Assembly: GCA_035281645.1 (NCBI GenBank)
Contig: DATEDN010000145.1
Coordinates: 65,684-129,683, forward strand
Length of the DNA stretch: 64,000 nucleotides
From: Acidimicrobiia bacterium
GTDB lineage: Bacteria; Actinomycetota; Acidimicrobiia; Spongiisociales; ZC4RG35
Direction: 5' to 3'
Within the stretch, counting starts at the first letter, position 1; each line of letters begins with the position of its first letter. Below are positions 22,530 through 31,477 of the stretch, in pieces. A model generated the notes under the pieces. The model did not search any database and was not told the origin of the DNA. It worked only from the letters and a program-made list of their open reading frames with translations. Made by a program: the position numbers and the translations under genes.

Positions 22530-24068
22530 TCAATCGCCGGCGATGAGATAGACGAGGCGGCCGTCGGGATCGATGCCCAGTCGGAGGCCGAGATAGCCGC
22601 TCTCCCGGAACTGGTAGTACTGCTCGAACTCCGCTGCCGCCAAAATTCCGGAGAGTGCCTGCCAATCTTCTTCGCTGTTAGTGGCGTGGACCGCCGGCCA
22701 GGAATAGACGCCGGCGCCATCGAGAGCCGGATCGGCGTTGAGGATCCTGGTCGTCATCGAGAGGACGTCGAAGCCAAGGCGAGCGCTGTGGATCCAGGTT
22801 CGCATCGGGTCTTCTTCGCCTCCAAACGTGAAGGCGGCGTTGTCTTCGAGCACGACCTCGGCCAGCCTGCCCATCTCACAGCCCGACGCCAGCTCAAAGA
22901 TCAGCTGCCGTTTGGCTTCCACTACTTCCGGTAGACCCTGGGGAGCCAATGCCGGCAGGTCGAGGGGCGTGCAGGGGATCTCACCCAAACCCGATCCAAG
23001 AGAGGCCGCTGCGTCGACGGTGAGCTCGGGCACGAGTGCAAAGGTGCTGGAACCTTCGATCTCGGTCTGAGGCACGAATGAGTCGCCACTGAAGTCGCCG
23101 ACGACCACTGAGGTGCCACCCACCGCCACGGTGCTGAGGTCCAAAGCCTCGATCTGCCAACCGTCGACAGGGCTCGCCCCGAGGTCTTGGCCGGAAGTGG
23201 TCAGATGCCGGAGAACGCGACCATCCGATCCGTCTTCGAGGACGTACAGCGAATCACCGCTGAGGGCAACGTCGTTGATCGAAGCCGGGTGGCAGTCGGG
23301 AAAGCCTTCGGGCATCTGCTGACCGCCCGTCGCGAAGAGGTCGATCTCGGGGCAATCGATGCCACGTACCAGGGCCAGTACAGAGTCTGAAAGCGAAGCG
23401 GCTATCAATTCCGAGGTGGCGGGGATCACCACCTCCTGGTTCTGGCCATCGAGGTCCAAGCTGACGACAGCGCTCGTCCCCTGCGAGTCCAGCCGGTAAT
23501 AGACGCGACCGTTGCTCACTCCGACGGGCGTTATCAAGCCTTGAGGCGGAGGCGCCGCCACCGGTTGAGGAGTCACCGCTCCGGCGGGGAGCCAGAGCAA
23601 CGTGCCCTGATCCCAGGGAAGGGGGCTCACCTCGTGGGTGAAGACCAGCCCTCCCTCTCCGTCGCTTACCACCCACGAGATGCCTTCGTAGTAGGGGTCG
23701 CTTTCGAGGGCGCCGGTGGCTCCGTCGGTGCCGAGCACCGTCCAAGAGATTCCCTCGGGGCCGGCGGTCACCACCGCCGCTCCCGCTGTGACGACAGGAA
23801 GGGCGGTTGTCGTCGGGCTGGGAGCGGCGGTGGTGGGGGTCGTGGGGCCAGTGGTTGATGGGCTGACGACCACTTCGCTGCCGGGGCGCAGAGCGAGCAC
23901 AATGACGACCAACCCGGCGACGACGACCATCCCCGAAAGGGCGCCGATGATCCTTCGCTGCCGGCGACGCTGGGCTACCTCGATCGCCCGCCGGTACTCG
24001 CCGGGGTCGAGCGCCAGCCGCTCGGCAGTGTCATGCAATTCGTTCCTGATTCGATCCTCAAGCCTCAT
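22530..24068 (-). CDS. Putative membrane-spanning anti-sigma factor with a large extracytoplasmic domain
   Basis: Its start overlaps the upstream ECF sigma gene by 11 nt. Short cytoplasmic N-terminus, single TM (IIGALSGMVVVAGLVVIVLAL), Pro/Thr linker, then ~400 extracytoplasmic aa of unknown fold. The role is inferred from context. Confidence 0.5.
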   Translation of the reverse strand: MRLEDRIRNELHDTAERLALDPGEYRRAIEVAQRRRQRRIIGALSGMVVVAGLVVIVLALRPGSEVVVSPSTTGPTTPTTAAPSPTTTALPVVTAGAAVVTAGPEGISWTVLGTDGATGALESDPYYEGISWVVSDGEGGLVFTHEVSPLPWDQGTLLWLPAGAVTPQPVAAPPPQGLITPVGVSNGRVYYRLDSQGTSAVVSLDLDGQNQEVVIPATSELIAASLSDSVLALVRGIDCPEIDLFATGGQQMPEGFPDCHPASINDVALSGDSLYVLEDGSDGRVLRHLTTSGQDLGASPVDGWQIEALDLSTVAVGGTSVVVGDFSGDSFVPQTEIEGSSTFALVPELTVDAAASLGSGLGEIPCTPLDLPALAPQGLPEVVEAKRQLIFELASGCEMGRLAEVVLEDNAAFTFGGEEDPMRTWIHSARLGFDVLSMTTRILNADPALDGAGVYSWPAVHATNSEEDWQALSGILAAAEFEQYYQFRESGYLGLRLGIDPDGRLVYLIAGD

Positions 24069-24570
24069 GGTTCATCCCCAATTGCTGCCGAAGTTCCGCC
24101 ATCGCTCGGTGCAGCCGGCTCTTCACGGTGCCTGGCCTGATTCCCAAAGCCCGCGCCACATCGTCGGTGCTCCAATCGAGATAGTGGCGAAGCACCACCA
24201 CCGCTCTCGCGTCCAATGGCAAGGCCTTCACGGCCCGGTCGAGATCAGGGTCGGTAAAGCTGACTTCGGTCGAGCGTTCTGGAACCTGATCGGCGAGTAC
24301 TTCCCGCTTCCGCTTGCGGAGCCTCGAACGTGCCCAGTTGAGTCCCACTCGATAGGTCCAGCCGGCCTGGTTGTCGAAACCGGAGACGGTGCGCCAGTGC
24401 TGATAGGTGCGGGTCATCGCCTCGTCCACCGCCTCCGCCGCCAGATCGCGATTACCCAATGTCAACGCCAGTGCCCGAAAGATGTGCTGGCGATTGGTGC
24501 GATAAAAGGCCTCGAAGGAGGACTCCTGCATCCGAACGACCGGAATCTCGCCGGTGTCGGTCGCCATCAT
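24058..24570 (-). CDS. ECF-type RNA polymerase sigma-70 factor
   Basis: Region 2 (FEAFYRTNRQHIFRALALTLGNRDLAAEAVDEAMTRTYQHW, GWTYRVGLNWARS) and region 4 (ARAVVVLRHYLDWSTDDVARALGIRPGTVKSRLHRA). Confidence 0.9.
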   Translation of the reverse strand: MMATDTGEIPVVRMQESSFEAFYRTNRQHIFRALALTLGNRDLAAEAVDEAMTRTYQHWRTVSGFDNQAGWTYRVGLNWARSRLRKRKREVLADQVPERSTEVSFTDPDLDRAVKALPLDARAVVVLRHYLDWSTDDVARALGIRPGTVKSRLHRAMAELRQQLGMNHEA

Positions 24571-24602
24571 CTCTTGTTCGCTGCCAGGGGGCTCACGTCG
24601 CT

Positions 24603-24631
24603 TAGACGCCCGGCTGCTTTTTTTGGTTCTC
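24603..24631 (-). promoter_or_regulatory. Candidate ECF-type promoter upstream of the sigma gene (GAGAACC-N16-CGTCTA)
   Basis: The minus strand reads tGAGAACCaaaaaaagcagccgggCGTCTAag about 35-60 nt upstream of the sigma start. This resembles the AAC -35 / CGTC -10 ECF architecture. It is a pattern match only. Confidence 0.3.
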
Positions 24632-24638
24632 AGACCGA

Positions 24639-25775
24639 CTACAGCCCCATTGCTCTTACGAAGAAAGTTGCCATCTCGTCCCGGGTGAGGGTTCGAATCG
24701 GACAGTACTTGGCAGGGTCGTCGGGATCACAACCAATCGTGATCCCTGCCTGTCGGAGGGCGTTGATCGAGGCCTGAAAGGCAGAGCCGTTGTCGTCGTC
24801 GAAGTAGTCGGTCGACGATGCCGGAAGGTTGAAGGTTCGAACCAAGAGCTCCGCCATCTGTTCGCGGGGTAGAGCGTCATCCTCGCAAAAATTGCGCTCC
24901 CCGCAGCCGAAACCGATGCCGCTGGCGGTGATGGCGTTGGCTGCCACTTCGTAGGGCGATCCATTGTCGTCGTCGTAGTAGTCGTTGGTGGTGGGGGAGA
25001 GGTTCAACAACCGGAAGATGAAGAGCGCAATCTGTCCTCGGCTCAGAGTCTGTAAGGGGCAGTAGCGGCTTGGAGCACAGCCAATGGTGATGCCGTTCTC
25101 GTAAAGCTTCTCGATGTTGGCTTCATGAGGGTTCCCGTCATCGTCAGTGAAGGTGTTGGCTGAGGGGGTGACGTAAGTCCCGCCCGGGCTCAGCAGGCGG
25201 GGGGCGGTGAGGAGATAGGGATACGGATTGATCGGTGAATCGTTGAGGCGAATTTCGAAATGAAGATGGGGTCCGACGCTTTCGGCATTGCCGCTGTCTC
25301 CGACCCAACCGATCAACTGTCCCTTGGCGACGACGGTTCCCTCGGTGACGGCTATACCCCAACCCTGGCCGTCGTCGGTCCCAGCCGTGTCGTTGTTGAG
25401 GTGGATGTACCAGGTCTCGTAACCGCCCCCGTGATCGAGTGCCAGATAGCAGCAGGTCGAGCCGATCCAGGTAACCACCCCATCCGCCGCCGCCACCACG
25501 GGCCATCCCTTGACCCCGCCGGTCATGATGTCAGTTGCGCCGTGAGTGCGTCCACCCGACCGAGGCTGGTAGAAGTCGTCGATGAAAAAGGTTGGGCCAC
25601 CAACGACGGGGAAGACGATCTGGCTGGCATCGAAGGGCTGTGAGGGGATAAATGCTTCCTCTGCGGAGACAGGGGCTGCTGCGAACGCGACGATGGCAAG
25701 GACGGCCAGAACCAAACGGCGACTCCTCCACTCCATCCCCGGATTTTCGGCACGAGCCGAGTCTCCCTTGAGCAT
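24639..25775 (-). CDS. Secreted M23 family metallopeptidase with three C-terminal SLH-like repeats
   Basis: Signal peptide RRLVLAVLAIVAFAAAPVSA. M23 motifs HGATDI, AAADGVV, GWVGDSGNAESVGPHLHFEI. Three ~55-aa repeats (FTDDDGNPHEANIEKLYENGITIGCAPSRYCP..LSRGQIALF; YYDDDNGSPYEVAANAITASGIGFGCGERNFC..LPREQMAELL; YFDDDNGSAFQASINALRQAGITIGCDPDDPAKYCP..LTRDEMATFF). The track ORF extends to 26057. The ATG at 25775 has a GGAGGGGG box 4 nt upstream; an alternative ATG is at 25736. Confidence 0.8.
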   Translation of the reverse strand: MLKGDSARAENPGMEWRSRRLVLAVLAIVAFAAAPVSAEEAFIPSQPFDASQIVFPVVGGPTFFIDDFYQPRSGGRTHGATDIMTGGVKGWPVVAAADGVVTWIGSTCCYLALDHGGGYETWYIHLNNDTAGTDDGQGWGIAVTEGTVVAKGQLIGWVGDSGNAESVGPHLHFEIRLNDSPINPYPYLLTAPRLLSPGGTYVTPSANTFTDDDGNPHEANIEKLYENGITIGCAPSRYCPLQTLSRGQIALFIFRLLNLSPTTNDYYDDDNGSPYEVAANAITASGIGFGCGERNFCEDDALPREQMAELLVRTFNLPASSTDYFDDDNGSAFQASINALRQAGITIGCDPDDPAKYCPIRTLTRDEMATFFVRAMGL

Positions 25776-25898
25776 CTGACCCCCTCCGGGCGACAGGCAA
25801 CCTGGGGCAGCTAAGCAGTGCCCCCGGAGAGCCGCAACCGGGAATGGCCAGAGCGGGCCCCACCTAAACTTGAGTCCTTCCGCCGTCCGGAAAGTCCT

Positions 25899-26186
25899 AT
25901 GCCTGTTGACATCGATATCGCTTACGTAGCTCGGCTCGCCCGTCTGGGTTTGTCGGCGGAAGAGCTTTCCTTCTACCGCGATCAGCTCGGAGTGATCCTC
26001 GAGCACGCCGCCAAGGTCCAAGGAGTTGATACCGAGGGCTTCGAGGCGACAGCTCACCCCTTGGGGATCGTCAACCAGTTCCGTCCCGACGAGATTCGAC
26101 CCTCCCTCGACCGAGACGAGGTCTTGGCCGCAGCACCAGCGACCGAAGGGGTCTACTTCGTAGTCCCGCCGGCCCTCGAGGGCTGA
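25899..26186 (+). CDS. gatC: Asp-tRNA(Asn)/Glu-tRNA(Gln) amidotransferase subunit C
   Basis: [40 protein letters not shown]. The track ORF start at 25818 is an over-extension. Stop and start overlap with gatA (TGATG). Confidence 0.9.
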   Translation: MPVDIDIAYVARLARLGLSAEELSFYRDQLGVILEHAAKVQGVDTEGFEATAHPLGIVNQFRPDEIRPSLDRDEVLAAAPATEGVYFVVPPALEG

Positions 26187-27646
26187 TGGCAGATTTCACG
26201 ATTGCGAGTGCCGGGAGCGCTCTGGCGGCCGGGGAGATCTCCGCCACCGAGTTGCTCGAGTCGGTCCTGGCCCGGGCTTCGTTGACCGAGGCCGACCTTC
26301 ACAGTTTTCTCACCATCGACCATGAGGGAGCGCAAGCCGCGGCCGCTGCTTCCAATGAGCGGTTGCGGCGCGGCCAGTCGCGCGGACCCCTCGAGGGCGT
26401 GCCACTGGCTGTGAAGGACAACTTCTGTACTCGCCATCTAGAAACGACCTGCGGTAGCAAGATTCTTTTCGGCTATCGCCCTCCATACGATGCCACCGCG
26501 GTGGCCCGGCTTCGAGCTGCTGGTGCGGTTTTGGTGGGGAAGACCAATTGCGATGAGTTCGCCATGGGCTCATCCACCGAGAACTCCGCCTTTGGGCCCA
26601 CCCGCAATCCCTGGAACCCGGAAAGGGTCCCGGGAGGAAGCTCGGGAGGATCGGCGGCGGCGGTAGCGGTGGGGTCGGTGCTCGGAGCCTTTGGCTCGGA
26701 CACCGGCGGCTCGATTCGTCAACCGGCCGCGCTCTGCGGCGTGGTCGGATTCAAACCCACCTACGGCTTGGTCAGCAGATACGGGCTGGTGGCGTTCGCC
26801 TCGAGTCTCGATCAGATCGGTCCCTTCGCCCGCACCGTTGCCGACGCCTTGACCCTGTTCGAAGCGGTGGCAGGTCACGATCCCCTCGACGCCACCTCGT
26901 ACCAGGGTCCCGTACCCGAAATTCGCCCGACGTTGGCCGAGGGAGTCAGCGGTCTCCGGGTGGGAATCGTGCGGGAGCTCGGGGGCGAGGGCTATGACGC
27001 CGAGGTGGCAGCCGCCACCTCGGCCATGGTGGACAAGCTGGCGGACGAGGGAGCCAAGGTTTCGGAGGTGTCCCTGCCCTCATTCGAGGTGGCCCTCTCG
27101 GTCTATTACCTCATCGCTCCCGCCGAGTGTTCGGCAAACCTGGCGCGCTTCGATGGGGTTCGTTATGGGCTCCGGGTTCCCGGCGACACCGTCGAGGAAA
27201 TGATGGCGCGTACTCGGGCGGAGGGGTTCGGGCCCGAGGTCACGCGGCGGATTCTGCTCGGCACCTATGCGCTTTCGGCTGGCTATTACGACGCCTTCTA
27301 TGGAAAAGCCCAGAAGGTTCGGAGCCGGCTGATCGCCGAGATGGCGACGGTTTTCGAACAGGCCGACGTGCTGGTCTCGCCCACCAGCCCGACCACCGCC
27401 TTCGAACTCGGAGCCAAGACCCAGGATCCGCTGGCCATGTACCTCTCCGATGTCTGCACGATCCCCGCCAACCTCGCCGGGACCCCGGCAATTTCGGTGC
27501 CGATCGGACTCGATTCGGCTGGGCTTCCGATCGGCTTTCAGATCATGGCCCCGGCCCTCGGCGAGAAGGTCATGTTTCAAACTGCGACGGCGGTGGAGGC
27601 CCTAGCCAGCTTTGAGGCACGGCCGCCGTTGGCGGTGAGCCCATGA
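26186..27646 (+). CDS. gatA: Glutamyl-tRNA(Gln)/Asp-tRNA(Asn) amidotransferase subunit A
   Basis: Amidase signature [12 protein letters not shown] and [13 protein letters not shown]; 486 aa. Confidence 0.97.
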   Translation: MADFTIASAGSALAAGEISATELLESVLARASLTEADLHSFLTIDHEGAQAAAAASNERLRRGQSRGPLEGVPLAVKDNFCTRHLETTCGSKILFGYRPPYDATAVARLRAAGAVLVGKTNCDEFAMGSSTENSAFGPTRNPWNPERVPGGSSGGSAAAVAVGSVLGAFGSDTGGSIRQPAALCGVVGFKPTYGLVSRYGLVAFASSLDQIGPFARTVADALTLFEAVAGHDPLDATSYQGPVPEIRPTLAEGVSGLRVGIVRELGGEGYDAEVAAATSAMVDKLADEGAKVSEVSLPSFEVALSVYYLIAPAECSANLARFDGVRYGLRVPGDTVEEMMARTRAEGFGPEVTRRILLGTYALSAGYYDAFYGKAQKVRSRLIAEMATVFEQADVLVSPTSPTTAFELGAKTQDPLAMYLSDVCTIPANLAGTPAISVPIGLDSAGLPIGFQIMAPALGEKVMFQTATAVEALASFEARPPLAVSP

Positions 27647-29088
27647 ACTCGGCCTGGGAACCGGTGATCGGGATTGAGGTGCATGTTGAGCTCAGCACCC
27701 AGTCGAAGATGTTTTGCGGGTGCGAGGTCTCCTTCGGCGGGGAGGCCAACGCCAAAGTCTGTCCCACCTGCCTCGGACTCCCGGGGGCTTTGCCGGTGGC
27801 CAATAGCGTGGCCATGGATTGGATCGTCCGGATCGGCCTCGCCCTCCAATGCGAGGTCAGCGAGAGGTCGGTCTTCCATCGCAAGAACTACTTCTATGCC
27901 GACCTGCCCAAGAACTACCAGGTCAGCCAGTTTGATCTGCCCGTGTGCCGCGATGGATTCCTCGATGTAACCGTGGGCGAAGAGACCAGGCGGATCGGAA
28001 TCGAGCGAGCCCACATGGAAGAGGACACCGGAAAGAGCCTCCATCAGGGAGACGGGGGCCGAATCCACAGCGCCACGTCGACCCTGCTCGACTTCAACCG
28101 TTCGGGAGTGCCGCTGGTCGAGATCGTTTCCCGGCCCGACCTGCGCTCGGCAACCGAGGCCCGGGCATATGCCCAAGACCTGCGCAATCTGGTGGCCGAA
28201 CTCGGTGTTTCCGATGCCCGGATGGAGGCCGGCTCGATCCGCTTCGACGCCAACGTGTCGGTGCGCACGATGGGCACCGACGCCTTGGGCACCAAGGTCG
28301 AGATCAAGAACATGAACTCGTTCCGATCGTTGGAGCGGGCCATCGCCTCTGAAATCGATCGCCAAGTGGCTCTCCTCGAGAAGGGAGAGAAGGTCCGTCA
28401 GGAGACCAGGCACTGGGACGAGGAGGCCGGGGCTACGCACAGCATGCGCAGCAAGGAAGAGAGTTCGGACTATCGCTACTTCGCCGAGCCCGATCTCCTG
28501 CCCCTGGTCTTTCCGGCCGACAAGGTCGAGGGGCTCCGGGCCGGGCTTCCCGAGCTACCGGCGGATCGCCGGGCGCGGTTGGAAGGACTGGGGATCGCGC
28601 CGCACACCGCCCGGGCCCTGGCCCACGCCGATGCCGAGTTGCGACGGACCTTCGAAGAGGCGGTGGCATTAGGCGCTCCGCCGACGACCGCCGCCAACTG
28701 GGTGGCGGGTGAGCTGACGGCGGCGACCCGCCGGCTCGAAACCCCTGCCACTCTCGACGGGCGGTTGCTCTTCGGCCTGATCGAGATGACCGAGGAGGGA
28801 AGACTTTCATCATCGGCGGCCAAGGAGGTTCTCGTTGAAATGCTGACAACTGGCGATGAGGCCGAAGTCGTCGCGGCGCGGCTCGACTTGATTCAGATCT
28901 CGGACACATCTGCCCTCGAGGCCGCGGTCTCCGAAGTCGTGAACTCGCAACCGGAGGCGGTGGAGCGCTATCGATCCGGCGAGCAGAAGGTGTTCGGCTT
29001 CCTGGTGGGGATGGTGATGAAGGCAACTGCGGGAAAGGCCGATCCCAAGCTCGTCAACCAGATATTGAGGCAACACCTCGAAACCTAA
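27643..29088 (+). CDS. gatB: Glutamyl-tRNA(Gln)/Asp-tRNA(Asn) amidotransferase subunit B
   Basis: [47 protein letters not shown](V/I)SQ, and a YqeY-like tail. ATGA overlap with gatA. Confidence 0.97.
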   Translation: MNSAWEPVIGIEVHVELSTQSKMFCGCEVSFGGEANAKVCPTCLGLPGALPVANSVAMDWIVRIGLALQCEVSERSVFHRKNYFYADLPKNYQVSQFDLPVCRDGFLDVTVGEETRRIGIERAHMEEDTGKSLHQGDGGRIHSATSTLLDFNRSGVPLVEIVSRPDLRSATEARAYAQDLRNLVAELGVSDARMEAGSIRFDANVSVRTMGTDALGTKVEIKNMNSFRSLERAIASEIDRQVALLEKGEKVRQETRHWDEEAGATHSMRSKEESSDYRYFAEPDLLPLVFPADKVEGLRAGLPELPADRRARLEGLGIAPHTARALAHADAELRRTFEEAVALGAPPTTAANWVAGELTAATRRLETPATLDGRLLFGLIEMTEEGRLSSSAAKEVLVEMLTTGDEAEVVAARLDLIQISDTSALEAAVSEVVNSQPEAVERYRSGEQKVFGFLVGMVMKATAGKADPKLVNQILRQHLET

Positions 29089-29126
29089 GGCTGTAAGCGG
29101 CGGTTTCCGCGGCCTATAGCATTAGG
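29084..29126. repeat. Palindromic intergenic element, family B, copy 2; probable bidirectional terminator between the convergent gatB and ABC exporter genes
   Basis: CCTAAGGCTGTAAGCGGCGG-TTTC-CGCGGCCTATAGCATTAGG. It includes the gatB TAA stop. Its reverse complement aligns with 22479-22521 with only a few mismatches. Confidence 0.75.
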
Positions 29127-29137
29127 TTTCGGTGCGG

Positions 29138-31003
29138 CTAGCGGTAGGCCTCTGCCTGCATCGTGTACATCTCGGCGTAGCGGCCGGCGGCGGCGATCAG
29201 TTCGGCATGGGTGCCGGCTTCGACCACCCTTCCCTCGTGCAAGACATAGACCCGGTCGGCGGCCCGTACCGAGGAAAAGCGGTGCGAGATGAGCAATACC
29301 GTTCGGCCGGCGAGCAAGGTGCGAATGCGGGCAAACAATTCGTGCTCGGCTCTGGCGTCGAGGGAGGCGGTGGGTTCGTCGAGGATGATCAAGGGCGCAT
29401 CTCGGAAAAACGCTCGGGCTAAGGCGATCCTCTGCCACTGCCCGACCGAGAGGTCTACCCCACCAAGGAACTCGGGACCGAGAAGGGTTTCATAACCCCG
29501 CGGCAGCTTGTCGATGAATTCATCCGCCCCGGCCTGACGGGCGGCATCGAGCAACGTCGGACCTTGCGTCCCGTTGTCGGAATAGCCGATGTTGTCGAAG
29601 ACGATGTTGCCGAAAGCGATATTGCCAAAGCCGATGTTGCTGGTTACGTCCAGGTGGTAGCGAATGAAGTCCTGGAAGATCACGGCCACCTTTTTCGAGA
29701 GCTCGGTTTGATCGAGAGAAGAGATGTCGATCCCGTCCCAGGTGATCCGTCCCGAGGCAGGGGCGTAGAGGCCGGCGAGAAGTTTCGCCAGTGTCGACTT
29801 GCCGGAGCCGTTCTCGCCGACCAGTGCCACGATCTCACCGGCATCGATGTGAAGCGAGACATCGATCAGGGCCGGTTCCTGACTGCTCGGGTAGGTGAAG
29901 GTCACGTCTTCGGCAACGATGGCCTTGAACCCGGATGGTGGCGGACTGGTCGCTTCAAGCGGTGGAGTCCCGAGGGCGAGAAAGGTTTTGAAGTCGTCGA
30001 GATAGAAACCAGCCTCGGACAGGCTGGCGGCTGAATAGCCGGCACCGGTCAGCCGGGCTCCGATAACGGCGATCCCCGCCACTGCAATTCCTGCCTCCGA
30101 AAGTGACACCCGTCCGCTGGAAGCGAGCCAGGCGACGAGGAGAACGGTGGCGCCGAGCACAGTGCCGATCACTGCGGTGGCCAAGAGGGAATAGCGCAGC
30201 TGACGTCGAGCCACTTGACGAAGGTCGCTGAGGCGCTCGTCGTAGAGACGGTTCCAGCGTCCCAGGAGATAGCGCCCGAGGCCGAAGGCTCGGACCTCCT
30301 TGGCCTCATCGCGGCCAGCCAGAAGATGACCGAGATAGTTGCGCTCGCGATCGCGAGGCGTCATTCGCCAGAAGAAACGCCAGAACTCCGAGCCCCGGCG
30401 CGAGGCGGCAAGCCAGGCGGGGAGCAAGACGACCAAGACCATCGGGATCAACAGCGGTTCGATGGCGATAAGGGCCGCAGCGACGCCGACGACACCGATC
30501 AAGGCAGAGGCGATGCCGCTAAGGCCGTAGACCATGTTGAGGGGCTGGCCAGTGGCCGACTGAACTCGTTGCAGGCGGTTGTGGAAGTCAGGGTGCTCGA
30601 ACGCTGCCAGGTCGACTCTGGTTGCCACCTCGAGCGTGGCCTGTTGCATGTGGCGGCCAACCAACTCACCGAGAATCTGCTGCTGCTCGCGTTGCACAGA
30701 GGATGCGAACAGGCTCGCCCCGGTCACGACGGCGAGGGCGACTGCCCAGGGAACAACCGGATCGAAGCCCGACCCGACGCGGTCGACTTCGAGCAGGGCC
30801 TGTAATGCCCTCTGCCCGATAAGGAGCGAAAGCGCCACCGAGACGCCGGAAAAGACCTGAAGCACTGTCGAAAGGATGAACTCCCGCCGGCCGGCGTCGA
30901 CGATGACCCGCAGGCCGTGACGGATCAGACGAGGGAGTCGTCTGAGCTCGATCCGGGCGTCCTCCCGGCTTTGGAGGTCGTAGACCGTGACCTGATCAGA
31001 CAC
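29138..31003 (-). CDS. ABC exporter, fused permease and ATPase (MsbA/MdlB-like)
   Basis: N-terminal six-helix TMD. Walker A GENGSGKST, signature LSVGQWQRIALARA, Walker B LIILDEPTASLD, H-loop ISHR. It contains an unusual repeated NIxFG segment, listed as the repeat feature at 29585-29644. Confidence 0.9.
   Translation of the reverse strand: MSDQVTVYDLQSREDARIELRRLPRLIRHGLRVIVDAGRREFILSTVLQVFSGVSVALSLLIGQRALQALLEVDRVGSGFDPVVPWAVALAVVTGASLFASSVQREQQQILGELVGRHMQQATLEVATRVDLAAFEHPDFHNRLQRVQSATGQPLNMVYGLSGIASALIGVVGVAAALIAIEPLLIPMVLVVLLPAWLAASRRGSEFWRFFWRMTPRDRERNYLGHLLAGRDEAKEVRAFGLGRYLLGRWNRLYDERLSDLRQVARRQLRYSLLATAVIGTVLGATVLLVAWLASSGRVSLSEAGIAVAGIAVIGARLTGAGYSAASLSEAGFYLDDFKTFLALGTPPLEATSPPPSGFKAIVAEDVTFTYPSSQEPALIDVSLHIDAGEIVALVGENGSGKSTLAKLLAGLYAPASGRITWDGIDISSLDQTELSKKVAVIFQDFIRYHLDVTSNIGFGNIAFGNIVFDNIGYSDNGTQGPTLLDAARQAGADEFIDKLPRGYETLLGPEFLGGVDLSVGQWQRIALARAFFRDAPLIILDEPTASLDARAEHELFARIRTLLAGRTVLLISHRFSSVRAADRVYVLHEGRVVEAGTHAELIAAAGRYAEMYTMQAEAYR
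29585..29644. repeat. Imperfect 15-bp tandem repeat, 4 units, in frame inside the ABC ATPase domain
   Basis: gccgatgttgtcgaa / gacgatgttgccgaa / agcgatattgccaaa / gccgatgttgctggt. On the coding (minus) strand this reads TSNIG-FGNIA-FGNIV-FDNIG. Confidence 0.85.
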
Positions 31004-31477
31004 TTAGAGGCCGACGAGCGCTTCGATGTTGGAAGTCAGCGTGTCCTCGGTCAGCACACCATTGACAGTTGCGACCAATTCTCCTCTGGGGCCGAAGAAG
31101 TAGGTGCGAGGGACACCGATCCCCCCGAAGCGGACCAGGGCATCGCCGTCGAAGTCGAAGTAGTGGGTGAAGGGGAGATCGAACTCGGCCAGGAACTGCC
31201 GGGCTCCGGGCTGATTGTCGTTGTAGGCGATGCCATAGAAATCCACCCTGTCCCCGAATTCGGCGTGGGCCGAGGTGAAGAGCGGCGCCTCGTCCCGGCA
31301 AGGGAGACACCACGATGCCCAAACGTTCACCACCACCGGTTTCTCCGACGATTCCAGCTGAGCGACGAAGGCCTCCAGGTCCATTTCCGGGAGATCGTTT
31401 CCGGGGGCGGCGGCATCACTGGTACACCCGAACAATGCGAAAAGAGCGATCGCGAGGGCGCCGATGGACTTACTCAA
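31004..31477 (-). CDS. TlpA/ResA-like thiol:disulfide oxidoreductase (thioredoxin fold), probable lipoprotein
   Basis: CxxC active site VNVWASWCLPCRDE and signal/lipobox SKSIGALAIALFALFGC. The TTG at 31477 overlaps the upstream gene stop (31470-31472). The track start at 31618 or the ATG at 31552 would overlap the upstream gene by 80-150 nt. Confidence 0.75.
   Translation of the reverse strand: MSKSIGALAIALFALFGCTSDAAAPGNDLPEMDLEAFVAQLESSEKPVVVNVWASWCLPCRDEAPLFTSAHAEFGDRVDFYGIAYNDNQPGARQFLAEFDLPFTHYFDFDGDALVRFGGIGVPRTYFFGPRGELVATVNGVLTEDTLTSNIEALVGL

Noticed and set aside
24611-24627. T7 run (gctgcTTTTTTTgg) as an intrinsic terminator between the M23 and sigma genes.
   Set aside because: The T-run is on the plus strand while both flanking genes are on the minus strand, and no stable hairpin precedes it. 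It reads better as the A-rich spacer of the candidate ECF promoter on the minus strand.
25776-25898. Cyclic-di-AMP (ydaO-type) riboswitch upstream of the cell-wall hydrolase gene.
   Set aside because: The context is suggestive, but I could not align the conserved ydaO core segments to this leader by eye. I kept it only as a generic structured-leader observation.
25776-26057. N-terminal extension of the M23 peptidase ORF (track start 26057). Comparable extensions occur for gatC (25818), leuA (53455), ilvB (56713), kup (46424), glgP (62823) and the CDF gene (848).
   Set aside because: The extensions overlap neighbouring genes or regulatory structures, lack homology-like sequence, and have better internal starts with Shine-Dalgarno boxes, signal peptides or canonical N-termini.
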